Assembly (NCBI GenBank): GCA_030830805.1
Contig: JAURMH010000043.1
Coordinates: forward strand, 1,248 to 65,247
Reading direction: 5' to 3'
DNA from: Bacteroidota bacterium
GTDB lineage: Bacteria > Bacteroidota > Bacteroidia > Sphingobacteriales > Sphingobacteriaceae
Length of the DNA stretch: 64,000 nucleotides
The position numbers were made by a program, and so were the translations under genes. Shown here one piece after another: positions 56,233 through 64,000 of the stretch (the stretch's first letter is position 1; each line of letters starts with the position of its first letter). The notes below the pieces were generated by a model that worked only from the letters and a program-made list of their open reading frames with translations, did not search any database and was not told where the DNA came from.

Positions 56233-58209
56233 TTAGTAATTTAAGAGTGCAGTTAGTTTTTCTCCAATTCTTGCTTTTGCTAAAAAATTATCTTCTAATC
56301 CCTTATCCATTGGAATGGCAGTGTCTAGGCTTGCACAGCGAACCACAGGTGCGTCTAAAAAGCTAAAACAATGTTCTGCTATATGCGCAGCTAGTTCTGC
56401 GCCAAATCCATTCGTTAAAGTATCTTCGTGTAAAATAAATACACGCCCCGTTTTTCTAACAGATTGTTCGACTGCGTTTTTATCCCAAGGTTGCAAACTC
56501 CTTAGGTCAATTAAATCTGCATCGATGTTTGTGTTTTCATTTAGATAGTCTAAGGCCCAATGCACGCCTAAGCCATAGGTAATAATCGAAACTTTATTCC
56601 CCGATTTAATCAATTTGGCTTCTCCAATTGATGTGGTATAGTAATCGTCTAAAATTTCTTCCGAAATACCACGGTATAAAAATTTATGTTCAAAATACAT
56701 GACCGGATTAGGATCTTCTATGGCGCTAGCAAGCAAGCCTTTTGCATCAGATGGAAATGCAGGATAAACAACTTTTAATCCTGGTGTTTTAGTAAACCAA
56801 GCTTCATTACTTTGCGAATGGAATGGCCCAGCACCAGTACCCGCACCCGTTGGCATACGAACAACTACATCAACTGCTTGACCCCATCTGTAATAAGTTT
56901 TAGCAAGGTTATTAATTATTTGATTGAAGCCAACAGTAGCAAAATCTGCGAATTGCATTTCCATGATTGCTTTGTGGTGGTTAATGGCTAAGCCCATTGC
57001 TGCACCTACTATTGCAGACTCGCAAAGTGGTGTATTGCGCACCCTTTCTTTTCCAAACTCTTCTACAAAGCCTTCGGTAATTTTAAATGCACCGCCATAT
57101 TCTGCAATGTCTTGCCCCATAATAACTAAATTCGAATGTTTACGCATGGCTTGTCGCATGGCATCCGAAATAGCGTCTAAAAATCTTTTGTTTGTTTTGT
57201 TATCCGATGTTGCAACAATTTGTTTGGCTGCAGGAGCATACATGTCCTGCAACTCAGTTTCTGAAGATATGTCAACAGATGGGTCGTTGAAGGCTTGTGT
57301 AACAGCTGCATCAATTTCTTCTTTATAACTTAATTTTAAATTCGAAATAAATGCTTCGTCAATAATTTTTTCTGATAATAGAAATTGTTCATAGTTTTCA
57401 ACTGGATCTTTTGCTGCCCAAAATTCCAATAAATCTTTAGGCACATACTTTATGCCAGAAGCTTCTTCGTGGCCACGCATCCTAAAAGTTTTACATTCAA
57501 TCAAAATTGGTCGCGGATGAGTGCTAATATTATCTGCGTATTGTTTTATGGTGTGGTAAACTTCTAAAATATTATTGCCATCAATTTGAATGGCTTCAAT
57601 ACCATAACCAATACCTTTATCTGCAAGATTTTCGCATTTATATTGTTCCGATACAGGAGTGGATAGTCCATAGCCATTGTTCTCTATCACAAAAATAACA
57701 GGCAAATTCCAAACCGCTGCTACGTTAAGTGCTTCATGAAAATCGCCTTCGCTTGTTGCGCCGTCGCCAGTAAATACTAAGGTTGCTTTTGCTGTATTCG
57801 TTAATTTATCTGCAAGGGCAATGCCGTCTGCTAAGGCCAATTGTGGGCCCAGGTGAGAGATCATGCCAATGATTTTATAATCTTGTGTGCCAAAATGAAA
57901 AGAACGATCACGGCCTTTTGTAAAGCCAGTCGATTTACCTTGAAACTGTGCAATTAATTTGGCAAGCGGAATATTTCTAGAGGTAAATACACCAAGGTTT
58001 CGGTGCATGGGTAAAATATAAGAAGAAGGAGCTAAGGCCATGGTAGAGCCAACAGATATAGCCTCTTGGCCAATACCTGAAAACCATTTGCCAATTTTAC
58101 CTTGTCTAAGTAAAATCAACATTTTTTCTTCGATCATTCTTGGCTTTAAAATTTGCTGATAAAGCGCAATTAATAATTCATTGGAACAGTTGTTGCGTTC
58201 GAATTTCAT
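56233..58209 (-). CDS. 2-oxoacid dehydrogenase E1 component with fused alpha/beta subunits (TPP-dependent)
   Basis: The N-terminal alpha part carries the TPP motif (GDGATSEGDFHEALN). The C-terminal part is transketolase-like beta (QDIAEYGGAFKIT). The fusion is a common Bacteroidota arrangement. Confidence 0.85.
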   Translation of the reverse strand: MKFERNNCSNELLIALYQQILKPRMIEEKMLILLRQGKIGKWFSGIGQEAISVGSTMALAPSSYILPMHRNLGVFTSRNIPLAKLIAQFQGKSTGFTKGRDRSFHFGTQDYKIIGMISHLGPQLALADGIALADKLTNTAKATLVFTGDGATSEGDFHEALNVAAVWNLPVIFVIENNGYGLSTPVSEQYKCENLADKGIGYGIEAIQIDGNNILEVYHTIKQYADNISTHPRPILIECKTFRMRGHEEASGIKYVPKDLLEFWAAKDPVENYEQFLLSEKIIDEAFISNLKLSYKEEIDAAVTQAFNDPSVDISSETELQDMYAPAAKQIVATSDNKTNKRFLDAISDAMRQAMRKHSNLVIMGQDIAEYGGAFKITEGFVEEFGKERVRNTPLCESAIVGAAMGLAINHHKAIMEMQFADFATVGFNQIINNLAKTYYRWGQAVDVVVRMPTGAGTGAGPFHSQSNEAWFTKTPGLKVVYPAFPSDAKGLLASAIEDPNPVMYFEHKFLYRGISEEILDDYYTTSIGEAKLIKSGNKVSIITYGLGVHWALDYLNENTNIDADLIDLRSLQPWDKNAVEQSVRKTGRVFILHEDTLTNGFGAELAAHIAEHCFSFLDAPVVRCASLDTAIPMDKGLEDNFLAKARIGEKLTALLNY

Positions 58210-58227
58210 TTTAAAAATAATTTAATG

Positions 58228-59616
58228 TTATTTTTTCTTTGGATTTGTTTTAGCCCTCCAAAGTTGTGTAAATGATTGCTCTTCAAAAATGGGCAATGCT
58301 CTTCTTTTCCCCCAAGATTGCACAAACAATTTACGCACAAAATAACTTTTCCATTTGCCAGTAAACAAATCAATTAATTTTCGGTGCAACATAGATTGCT
58401 TCCAAAAAAACCAAGCCATTTTTTCGGTTTTTGGATAGATATGTTGTGCAACAGCATCTCTTCTATTGTATAATAATACTTTGTGGATATCAATTTTTAC
58501 TGGACACACTTCGGAGCAATTGCCACATAAAGTAGAGGCATAACTCAAATGCTTAAATTCTTCCATGCCCTTTAAATGAGGGGTAATAATGCTACCAATT
58601 GGACCGCTGTAGGTTGTGTCGTAGCTGTGACCACCAATATTTTTATATACTGGACACGCATTTAAGCATGCGCCACAACGAATGCAATACAATGCTTGGC
58701 GTTGGTCTTTTTGTGCTAGTAAATTACTGCGACCATTATCTAATAGCACTACATACATTTCTTCTGGACCATCACTTTCTCCTAATTTTTTTGGGCCATT
58801 TAAAATAGAATTATAAACGGTCATTTGTTGGCCAGTGCCTCGAGTGCTTAACAACGGCCAAAACAAATCTAAATCTTTTATAGAGGGAATAATTTTTTCA
58901 ATACCAACAACGGCAATATGTACTTTTGGAAAAGTAGTGCTGAGTCTGGCATTGCCTTCGTTTTCTGTAATGGAAATACTACCAGTATCGGCTATTAAAA
59001 AATTAGCTCCAGTTATTCCGGCTGATGCTGTGGTATATTTTGTGCGCAACAATTCTCTTGCTTTGAGTGTGAGCGCCTCGGGGCTTGCATCTAAAGGGGT
59101 GTCAAATTTTTCGTGAAATAGTTTTGCAATATCATCTTTAGATAAGTGCATTGCTGGAGTTACAATGTGGTATGGCTTTTGGCCAAGCAGCTGAACAATA
59201 TATTCGCCTAAGTCTGTTTCTATCGAATCTATTTTATTTGCAGCTAGAAATTCGTTTAGCTCTATTTCTTCGCAAGCCATCGACTTCGATTTGACTAGCA
59301 TTTTAGTATCATGCTTTTTAAGAATGGCAAGAATTTCTTTTTGTGCTTCTTCTACCGTGTTTGCCCAAATAACCTTTCCGCCCTTTCTGATAAAATTACT
59401 TTCAAACTCTAAAAGGTAGCGGTCAAGGTTTTCTATTGTTTTCCATTTAATAAGATGTGCTTTTTTTCGAGCTGCTTCTAGGTTACTAAATTGGGGGAGA
59501 CCTTTTGTAACAGCAACATCATATTTGCCAATATTAAATTTAATTTTTTGACGATGCGACGCATCAAAAGATTTCTCTTCTGTTTTTGATTGAAATTGTG
59601 ATGCAGTCGTACTCAT
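58228..59616 (-). CDS. lutB: LutB/LldF-type iron-sulfur lactate utilisation protein
   Basis: It has a LUD-type N-terminal region plus two ferredoxin motifs (CIRCGACLNACPV and CGNCSEVCPV). Confidence 0.8.
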   Translation of the reverse strand: MSTTASQFQSKTEEKSFDASHRQKIKFNIGKYDVAVTKGLPQFSNLEAARKKAHLIKWKTIENLDRYLLEFESNFIRKGGKVIWANTVEEAQKEILAILKKHDTKMLVKSKSMACEEIELNEFLAANKIDSIETDLGEYIVQLLGQKPYHIVTPAMHLSKDDIAKLFHEKFDTPLDASPEALTLKARELLRTKYTTASAGITGANFLIADTGSISITENEGNARLSTTFPKVHIAVVGIEKIIPSIKDLDLFWPLLSTRGTGQQMTVYNSILNGPKKLGESDGPEEMYVVLLDNGRSNLLAQKDQRQALYCIRCGACLNACPVYKNIGGHSYDTTYSGPIGSIITPHLKGMEEFKHLSYASTLCGNCSEVCPVKIDIHKVLLYNRRDAVAQHIYPKTEKMAWFFWKQSMLHRKLIDLFTGKWKSYFVRKLFVQSWGKRRALPIFEEQSFTQLWRAKTNPKKK

Positions 59617-59634
59617 TATAAATCTATATAGCTT

Positions 59635-61236
59635 TTAACGGTTATTTTCAAAATCGTTTTTCTTGTCTCTTTTTAAGGGCTCTGCGCGATTGGCGATTTC
59701 CCAAGCAGTGTAAAAAACAAGTTTCGTTCTATTGCTAAGCATCGGAAAGTTAATTTTTGAAATTTCGTCTGTTGCTTTGTGATAGTCTTCGTGAACGCCA
59801 TTAAAGTAAAAAATAATCGGAATGTTGTATTTCGCAAAATTGTAATGATCGCTTCTGTAATAAAACCTATTTGGATCACTCGGACTATTGAATGTATAAT
59901 CTAAATTCAAATGAGTATAAGCATTATTCATTTTTTCATTTATTTCATGTAAATCCGAACTGATTTTATCCGAACCTATTACATAAATATAATTAGAATC
60001 TTTTTTATGTGCATCATCTACTCTGCCAATCATGTCTATGTTTAAATCACAGACAGCATTATTCATTGGAAAGGTAGGGTTACTTGTATAAAATTGCGAG
60101 CCTAACAAACCTTTTTCTTCTCCAGCTACAGTCATAAATACGATGCTTCTTCTTGGTCCTTGACCTTTTGCTCTTGCCAATGCAAATGCTTCCGCAATTT
60201 CAATTACGCCAACAGTGCCAGATCCATCATCATCGGCACCATTGTAAACTTCGTTATCAATTACACCAATATGGTCGTAATGAGCAGTTATATAAACATA
60301 TTCGTCAGGTCTTTCAGTTCCGGGAATATAACCTATCACATTTTCCGAATTGAATGATTCCTCTATAAAATTAATATTTGCAGCAAGGGTGCTTTTGAGC
60401 AAGAATGGATCAATGCTTCTAAGCTTACTATATTTTTTTCTAAGCTTAGCTATGTTTTTATTGTTTGGTGCAATTAATGCTGTTGCAACACTGTCGTTAA
60501 TTGTAATAACAGGACAAGCATACAACGGTTTTTCTTTACTTTCTATTTCTGGTTCTTTTTTTTGGTTTTCTGCCAATTGCATACTTGGCGTTTCCATTTG
60601 GTGTTTATAGGTTTTTGCAAACTTTGCATAGTCGGCATCTACTACTAAAATTGCTTTTGGCTTTAGTTTTTGAATAGCGGCAATCTTTTTATTTTTATTA
60701 GACCATTCACTTTTTTCTTTACTATTACTAAGCAGATAAAGGCCTTTTTTATTTTTAGGCTCCCCAGCTAAAATCACTACTACTTTTCCTTCTACATAAT
60801 AGTCTTTAAAGTCGTTCCTTTTTTTATCTACAATACCATATCCAGCAAACACTATTTCGTTGCTTTGAAAATTAATATTGCTGATGTTTTTTGAGCAGAA
60901 AAAGTCATCCCCAAAATTAAATACTTGTTGGTTCACTATGAATTTTCGCGCAGCTAATGTTTTTTTGACTAATTCGAAGGTTTGAAAAAAACGATCGTTA
61001 CCAGCAGGACTTAGTTTTAAATTCTCAAACTCATTTGCAATATAAATAGCTGCTGCTTTTTGTCCTTTTTGACCTGTTTCTCTTCCTTGGTAATCATCAG
61101 AAGCCAACACCGAAAGGTGTCTATATAAATCTTTTGGATTAATACTTTCGCCAAAATCAGTTGGAGTAATAGGTTTCTGTGCAAAAGCGATGCTGCTAAA
61201 GCTAAAGGCAATGCCTATGAAAATACTTTTTTTCAT
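59635..61236 (-). CDS. M28 family metallopeptidase with a PA domain (secreted)
   Basis: It has a signal peptide and the M28 zinc ligands (ITAHYDH, GADDDGSG, GEEKGLLGS, SDH). Confidence 0.8.
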   Translation of the reverse strand: MKKSIFIGIAFSFSSIAFAQKPITPTDFGESINPKDLYRHLSVLASDDYQGRETGQKGQKAAAIYIANEFENLKLSPAGNDRFFQTFELVKKTLAARKFIVNQQVFNFGDDFFCSKNISNINFQSNEIVFAGYGIVDKKRNDFKDYYVEGKVVVILAGEPKNKKGLYLLSNSKEKSEWSNKNKKIAAIQKLKPKAILVVDADYAKFAKTYKHQMETPSMQLAENQKKEPEIESKEKPLYACPVITINDSVATALIAPNNKNIAKLRKKYSKLRSIDPFLLKSTLAANINFIEESFNSENVIGYIPGTERPDEYVYITAHYDHIGVIDNEVYNGADDDGSGTVGVIEIAEAFALARAKGQGPRRSIVFMTVAGEEKGLLGSQFYTSNPTFPMNNAVCDLNIDMIGRVDDAHKKDSNYIYVIGSDKISSDLHEINEKMNNAYTHLNLDYTFNSPSDPNRFYYRSDHYNFAKYNIPIIFYFNGVHEDYHKATDEISKINFPMLSNRTKLVFYTAWEIANRAEPLKRDKKNDFENNR

Positions 61237-61254
61237 TTGATTGATTCGAATGGA

Positions 61255-61683
61255 TTAGCAATTTATTTTATTTACTCTATTAGCATGTCTACCGCCTTCG
61301 AATGAAGTGTTTATAAATAACGCGGTAATTTCTTTTGCTTGTGCAATGCTCACAAAACGAGCTGGAATACATAATATGTTAGCATCATTATGCGAACGCG
61401 CAAGACTTGCTAATGGGCTATCCCAGCAAATCGCAGCCCTGATATCTTTGTGTTTGTTGGCAGTAATGGCAACTCCATTAGCGCTTCCGCAAATAAGTAT
61501 TCCCATTTCAAATTCATTGTTGTTAATTGCATTTGCCACAGGGTGCACAAAGTCTGGATAGTCTACAGAGTCTAAATTATAAGGGCCAAAGTCTTTCACC
61601 TCGTGGCCATCAGCTTTTAGCATTTCAATTAAAACTTCTTTGTATTCGAAACCAGCGTGGTCTCCTCCAATTGCAATTTTCAT
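61255..61683 (-). CDS. rpiB: ribose-5-phosphate isomerase B
   Basis: It has the RpiB/LacAB signature (MKIAIGGDHAGFEYKE, ILICGSANGVAITANK). Confidence 0.92.
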   Translation of the reverse strand: MKIAIGGDHAGFEYKEVLIEMLKADGHEVKDFGPYNLDSVDYPDFVHPVANAINNNEFEMGILICGSANGVAITANKHKDIRAAICWDSPLASLARSHNDANILCIPARFVSIAQAKEITALFINTSFEGGRHANRVNKINC

Positions 61684-61684
61684 A

Positions 61685-62560
61685 TTAGTTGTTTTGATAA
61701 AATAAATCCTCTGCTATTTTTTTTCTTTTTACTACTCGTGCAGATACAAAAATACTGATCTCGTATAATAAGTATAATGGTGCTGCCACTAGCAACAAGG
61801 TAGGCGCATCTGGTGTTGGTGTAATAAATGCTGCAATTAAAATAATTAAAAAGAAGGCAATCCTTCTATTGCTGCGCATAAATTTTGGAGTCATAATGCC
61901 AATTTTTGATAAGAAATAAATCACAATTGGCAATTCAAAAACCAAACCAGTTGCCATGGTAAGTATTGCTACCGTTGAGAGGTAGCTATCTAGGGTAATT
62001 TGGTTAATAATTTCTGAACTAATTTCGTAACTACCTAAAAAGTTAATAGACATTGGCGTAATAATAAAATAGCCAAATAAAATTCCTGTTAAAAATAAAA
62101 AAGAGCCATAAAAAATTAATCCTCTTGCATTTCCTCTTTCTTTTTTACTTAAGCCTGGTTTGATGAAATTCCAAAGTTCGAACAGCAAATAAGGGAAGCC
62201 CATAATAAAGCCTGCATAGAATGCGGCGGTTAAATGTAAATTAAATTGTCCGGCCATCGTGTTGTTCATGATGGTGAAATTTATTTTATCGATGCACAAT
62301 CCGGCATCTAAATTATAGTAATTCGAAATTTCACATAATTTTCTGTAGGTCCAAAAATCGGTTTTCTTTGGTCCAAATATAATGGCATCGAATAAAACAT
62401 CTTTAAATACAAATGCAGTTAGCGCCAAAGTAATGATTACTGCCGATGACCTTACTAAATGCCAGCGCAATGCTTCTAGATGATCTACAAAAGACATCTC
62501 TGCATTTGGATTAGTTGCGCTGCGTATTTTTTTAAAAAAGTCGGACATATTGAATATCAA
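61685..62560 (-). CDS. tatC: twin-arginine translocase subunit TatC
   Basis: It shows a six-TM TatC pattern (SFVDHLEALRWHL near the N-terminus, FELPIVIYFLSKIGI). Confidence 0.9.
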   Translation of the reverse strand: MIFNMSDFFKKIRSATNPNAEMSFVDHLEALRWHLVRSSAVIITLALTAFVFKDVLFDAIIFGPKKTDFWTYRKLCEISNYYNLDAGLCIDKINFTIMNNTMAGQFNLHLTAAFYAGFIMGFPYLLFELWNFIKPGLSKKERGNARGLIFYGSFLFLTGILFGYFIITPMSINFLGSYEISSEIINQITLDSYLSTVAILTMATGLVFELPIVIYFLSKIGIMTPKFMRSNRRIAFFLIILIAAFITPTPDAPTLLLVAAPLYLLYEISIFVSARVVKRKKIAEDLFYQNN

Positions 62561-62601
62561 ATTTAGGAAAGTATTTTAGATGAGCTCAATTAATTATTAA
62601 T

Positions 62602-62631
62602 AAAAAAAGCGAGCCTAAACTCGCTTTTTTT
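62602..62631 (-). terminator. intrinsic terminator after accC
   Basis: The stem AGCGAG (62608-62613) pairs with CTCGCT (62620-62625). It is flanked by A7 and T7 runs and sits 2 nt downstream of the accC stop on the minus strand. Confidence 0.75.
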
Positions 62632-62632
62632 A

Positions 62633-63973
62633 TTATTCTGAAAAGTCGAAACTCTCTAAGAACTTTGTGGTAAAATTTCCCGCTCTAAATTCGGGGTCTT
62701 TTAATAATTTTAGATGAAATGGAATGGTTGTTTTTACGCCTTCGATCACAAATTCGCTCAAGGCTCTTTCCATAGTAGAAATAGCTTCTTCTCTAGTTTG
62801 CGCAACGGTAATCAGTTTTGCAATCATAGAGTCATAATTTGAAGGAATCATATAGCCAGCGTAAACATGGGTGTCTACGCGCACTCCGTGACCTCCTGGG
62901 CTATGAAAGTTGGTAATCTTACCTGGTGAGGGTCTGAAATTATTCCATGGATCTTCTGCGTTAATTCTGCATTCAATCGCATGCATAGCTGGCTCGTAGT
63001 TTTTGCCAGAAATAGCAATCCCTGCAGCCACTTTAATCTGTTCTTTAATTAAATCAAAATTAATTACCTCTTCGGTAACCGGATGCTCTACCTGAATACG
63101 GGTATTCATCTCCATAAAGTAGAAATTACGGTGTTTATCTACTAAAAATTCAACCGTACCAGCGCCTTCATAATTTACTGCTTTGGCTCCCTTGATAGCT
63201 GCTTCACCCATTTTCTGACGCAATTCTGCAGTCATGAATGGTGATGGTGATTCTTCTACTAATTTTTGATGACGTCTTTGAATAGAACAATCTCTTTCTG
63301 ATAAATGACAAACTTTTCCAAACTGGTCGCCTATAATTTGAATTTCAATGTGTCTTGGGTCTTCAATAAACTTTTCTAAATAAATACCATCGTTCCCAAA
63401 TGCCGCGCCTGCTTCTTGTCTAGCCGAATCCCATGCGCCTTCAAACTCTTCGTCTTTCCAAACAATACGCATGCCTCTTCCACCACCACCTGCAGTTGCT
63501 TTTAAAATAATTGGATAACCAATTTCATTTGCAACTGTTATGCCTTGTTTTACGTCTGTCAATAAACCTACCGAACCTGGTATGGTAGGTACGCCAGCTG
63601 CAATCATCGTATCTTTTGCAGATGCCTTGTCACCCATTCCATTAATTTGTTCTGGAGTAGCACCAATAAATTTAATACCATAATCACGGCAAATCTGAGA
63701 GAATTTCGCGTTCTCTGAAAGAAAACCATAACCAGGATGAATGGCATCTGCATTGGTAATTTCGGCTGCAGAAATTAAATGCGGAATACTTAAATAAGAA
63801 TCTTTGCTCGGCGCAGGGCCTATACAAACAGCTTCATCAGCAAATCGAACATGTAAACTATCGCGGTCTGCAGTAGAATAAACGGCAACAGTTTTGATGC
63901 CCATCTCTTTACAGGTGCGAATAATTCTCAAGGCGATTTCACCTCTATTGGCAATTAATATTTTTTTGAACAT
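62633..63973 (-). CDS. accC: acetyl-CoA carboxylase biotin carboxylase subunit
   Basis: N-terminus [26 protein letters not shown], the ATP-grasp segments, and [14 protein letters not shown]. Confidence 0.97.
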   Translation of the reverse strand: MFKKILIANRGEIALRIIRTCKEMGIKTVAVYSTADRDSLHVRFADEAVCIGPAPSKDSYLSIPHLISAAEITNADAIHPGYGFLSENAKFSQICRDYGIKFIGATPEQINGMGDKASAKDTMIAAGVPTIPGSVGLLTDVKQGITVANEIGYPIILKATAGGGGRGMRIVWKDEEFEGAWDSARQEAGAAFGNDGIYLEKFIEDPRHIEIQIIGDQFGKVCHLSERDCSIQRRHQKLVEESPSPFMTAELRQKMGEAAIKGAKAVNYEGAGTVEFLVDKHRNFYFMEMNTRIQVEHPVTEEVINFDLIKEQIKVAAGIAISGKNYEPAMHAIECRINAEDPWNNFRPSPGKITNFHSPGGHGVRVDTHVYAGYMIPSNYDSMIAKLITVAQTREEAISTMERALSEFVIEGVKTTIPFHLKLLKDPEFRAGNFTTKFLESFDFSE

Positions 63974-64000
63974 GATAGCTTTTGAATTTTTAATAACGAT

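Noticed and set aside
58210-61254. Three successive minus-strand intergenic gaps of exactly 18 nt (58210-58227, 59617-59634, 61237-61254).
   Set aside because: The three spacers share no sequence similarity, so the equal length looks coincidental.
63974-64000. Possible 3' end of accB (biotin carboxyl carrier protein) upstream of accC on the minus strand.
   Set aside because: Only 27 nt are visible, and I cannot establish a frame or a motif.
1-64000. Scan for CRISPR arrays, IS elements or transposases, integrases, prophage genes, restriction-modification or other defence genes, and large non-coding gaps.
   Set aside because: I found none. Every ORF over about 100 aa outside shadow frames has a housekeeping, envelope or T9SS assignment or is an isolated hypothetical. 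The longest intergenic gap is about 175 nt.

Overview
This is an AT-rich, densely packed chromosomal segment that looks like Bacteroidota. Four things point to that phylum: type IX secretion (T9SS) and gliding genes (porV, porU, a PorP/SprF-family gene, gldJ), cargo proteins with type-A C-terminal sorting domains, no Shine-Dalgarno sequences, and repeated TAnnTTTG -7 promoter boxes. I call 56 protein-coding genes (one is a fragment at the left edge), one tRNA-Asp(GTC), seven intrinsic terminators and a set of candidate promoters. Most genes are housekeeping: holB, ruvX, def, apbC, comM, gmhA, dsbD, birA, rsfS, ftsH, lpxH, prfA, gltX, fcl, trmB, tag, polA, ispF, rpiB, tatC and accC. I see no transposase, integrase, phage gene, CRISPR array, rRNA, toxin-antitoxin pair or recognisable defence gene, and no intergenic gap longer than about 175 nt. 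I therefore cannot support the claim that the window holds a novel multi-gene system. The points most worth a second look are organisational. (1) The T9SS neighbourhood has a porP-like/gldJ pair and ispF overlapping the end of porV. (2) A three-gene periplasmic foldase operon ends in a cytoplasmic MoxR ATPase. (3) Convergent genes repeatedly overlap by exactly 4 nt at their stop codons, leaving no room for terminators. (4) Several -7 boxes sit 3-10 nt from start codons, which suggests leaderless or near-leaderless mRNAs. (5) An alkyltransferase-like (Cys to Ala) MGMT homolog lies tail-to-tail with tag. (6) An orphan histidine kinase overlaps a T9SS-secreted M1 aminopeptidase. All functional calls come from motifs I recognised in the translations and from gene order, not from database searches.
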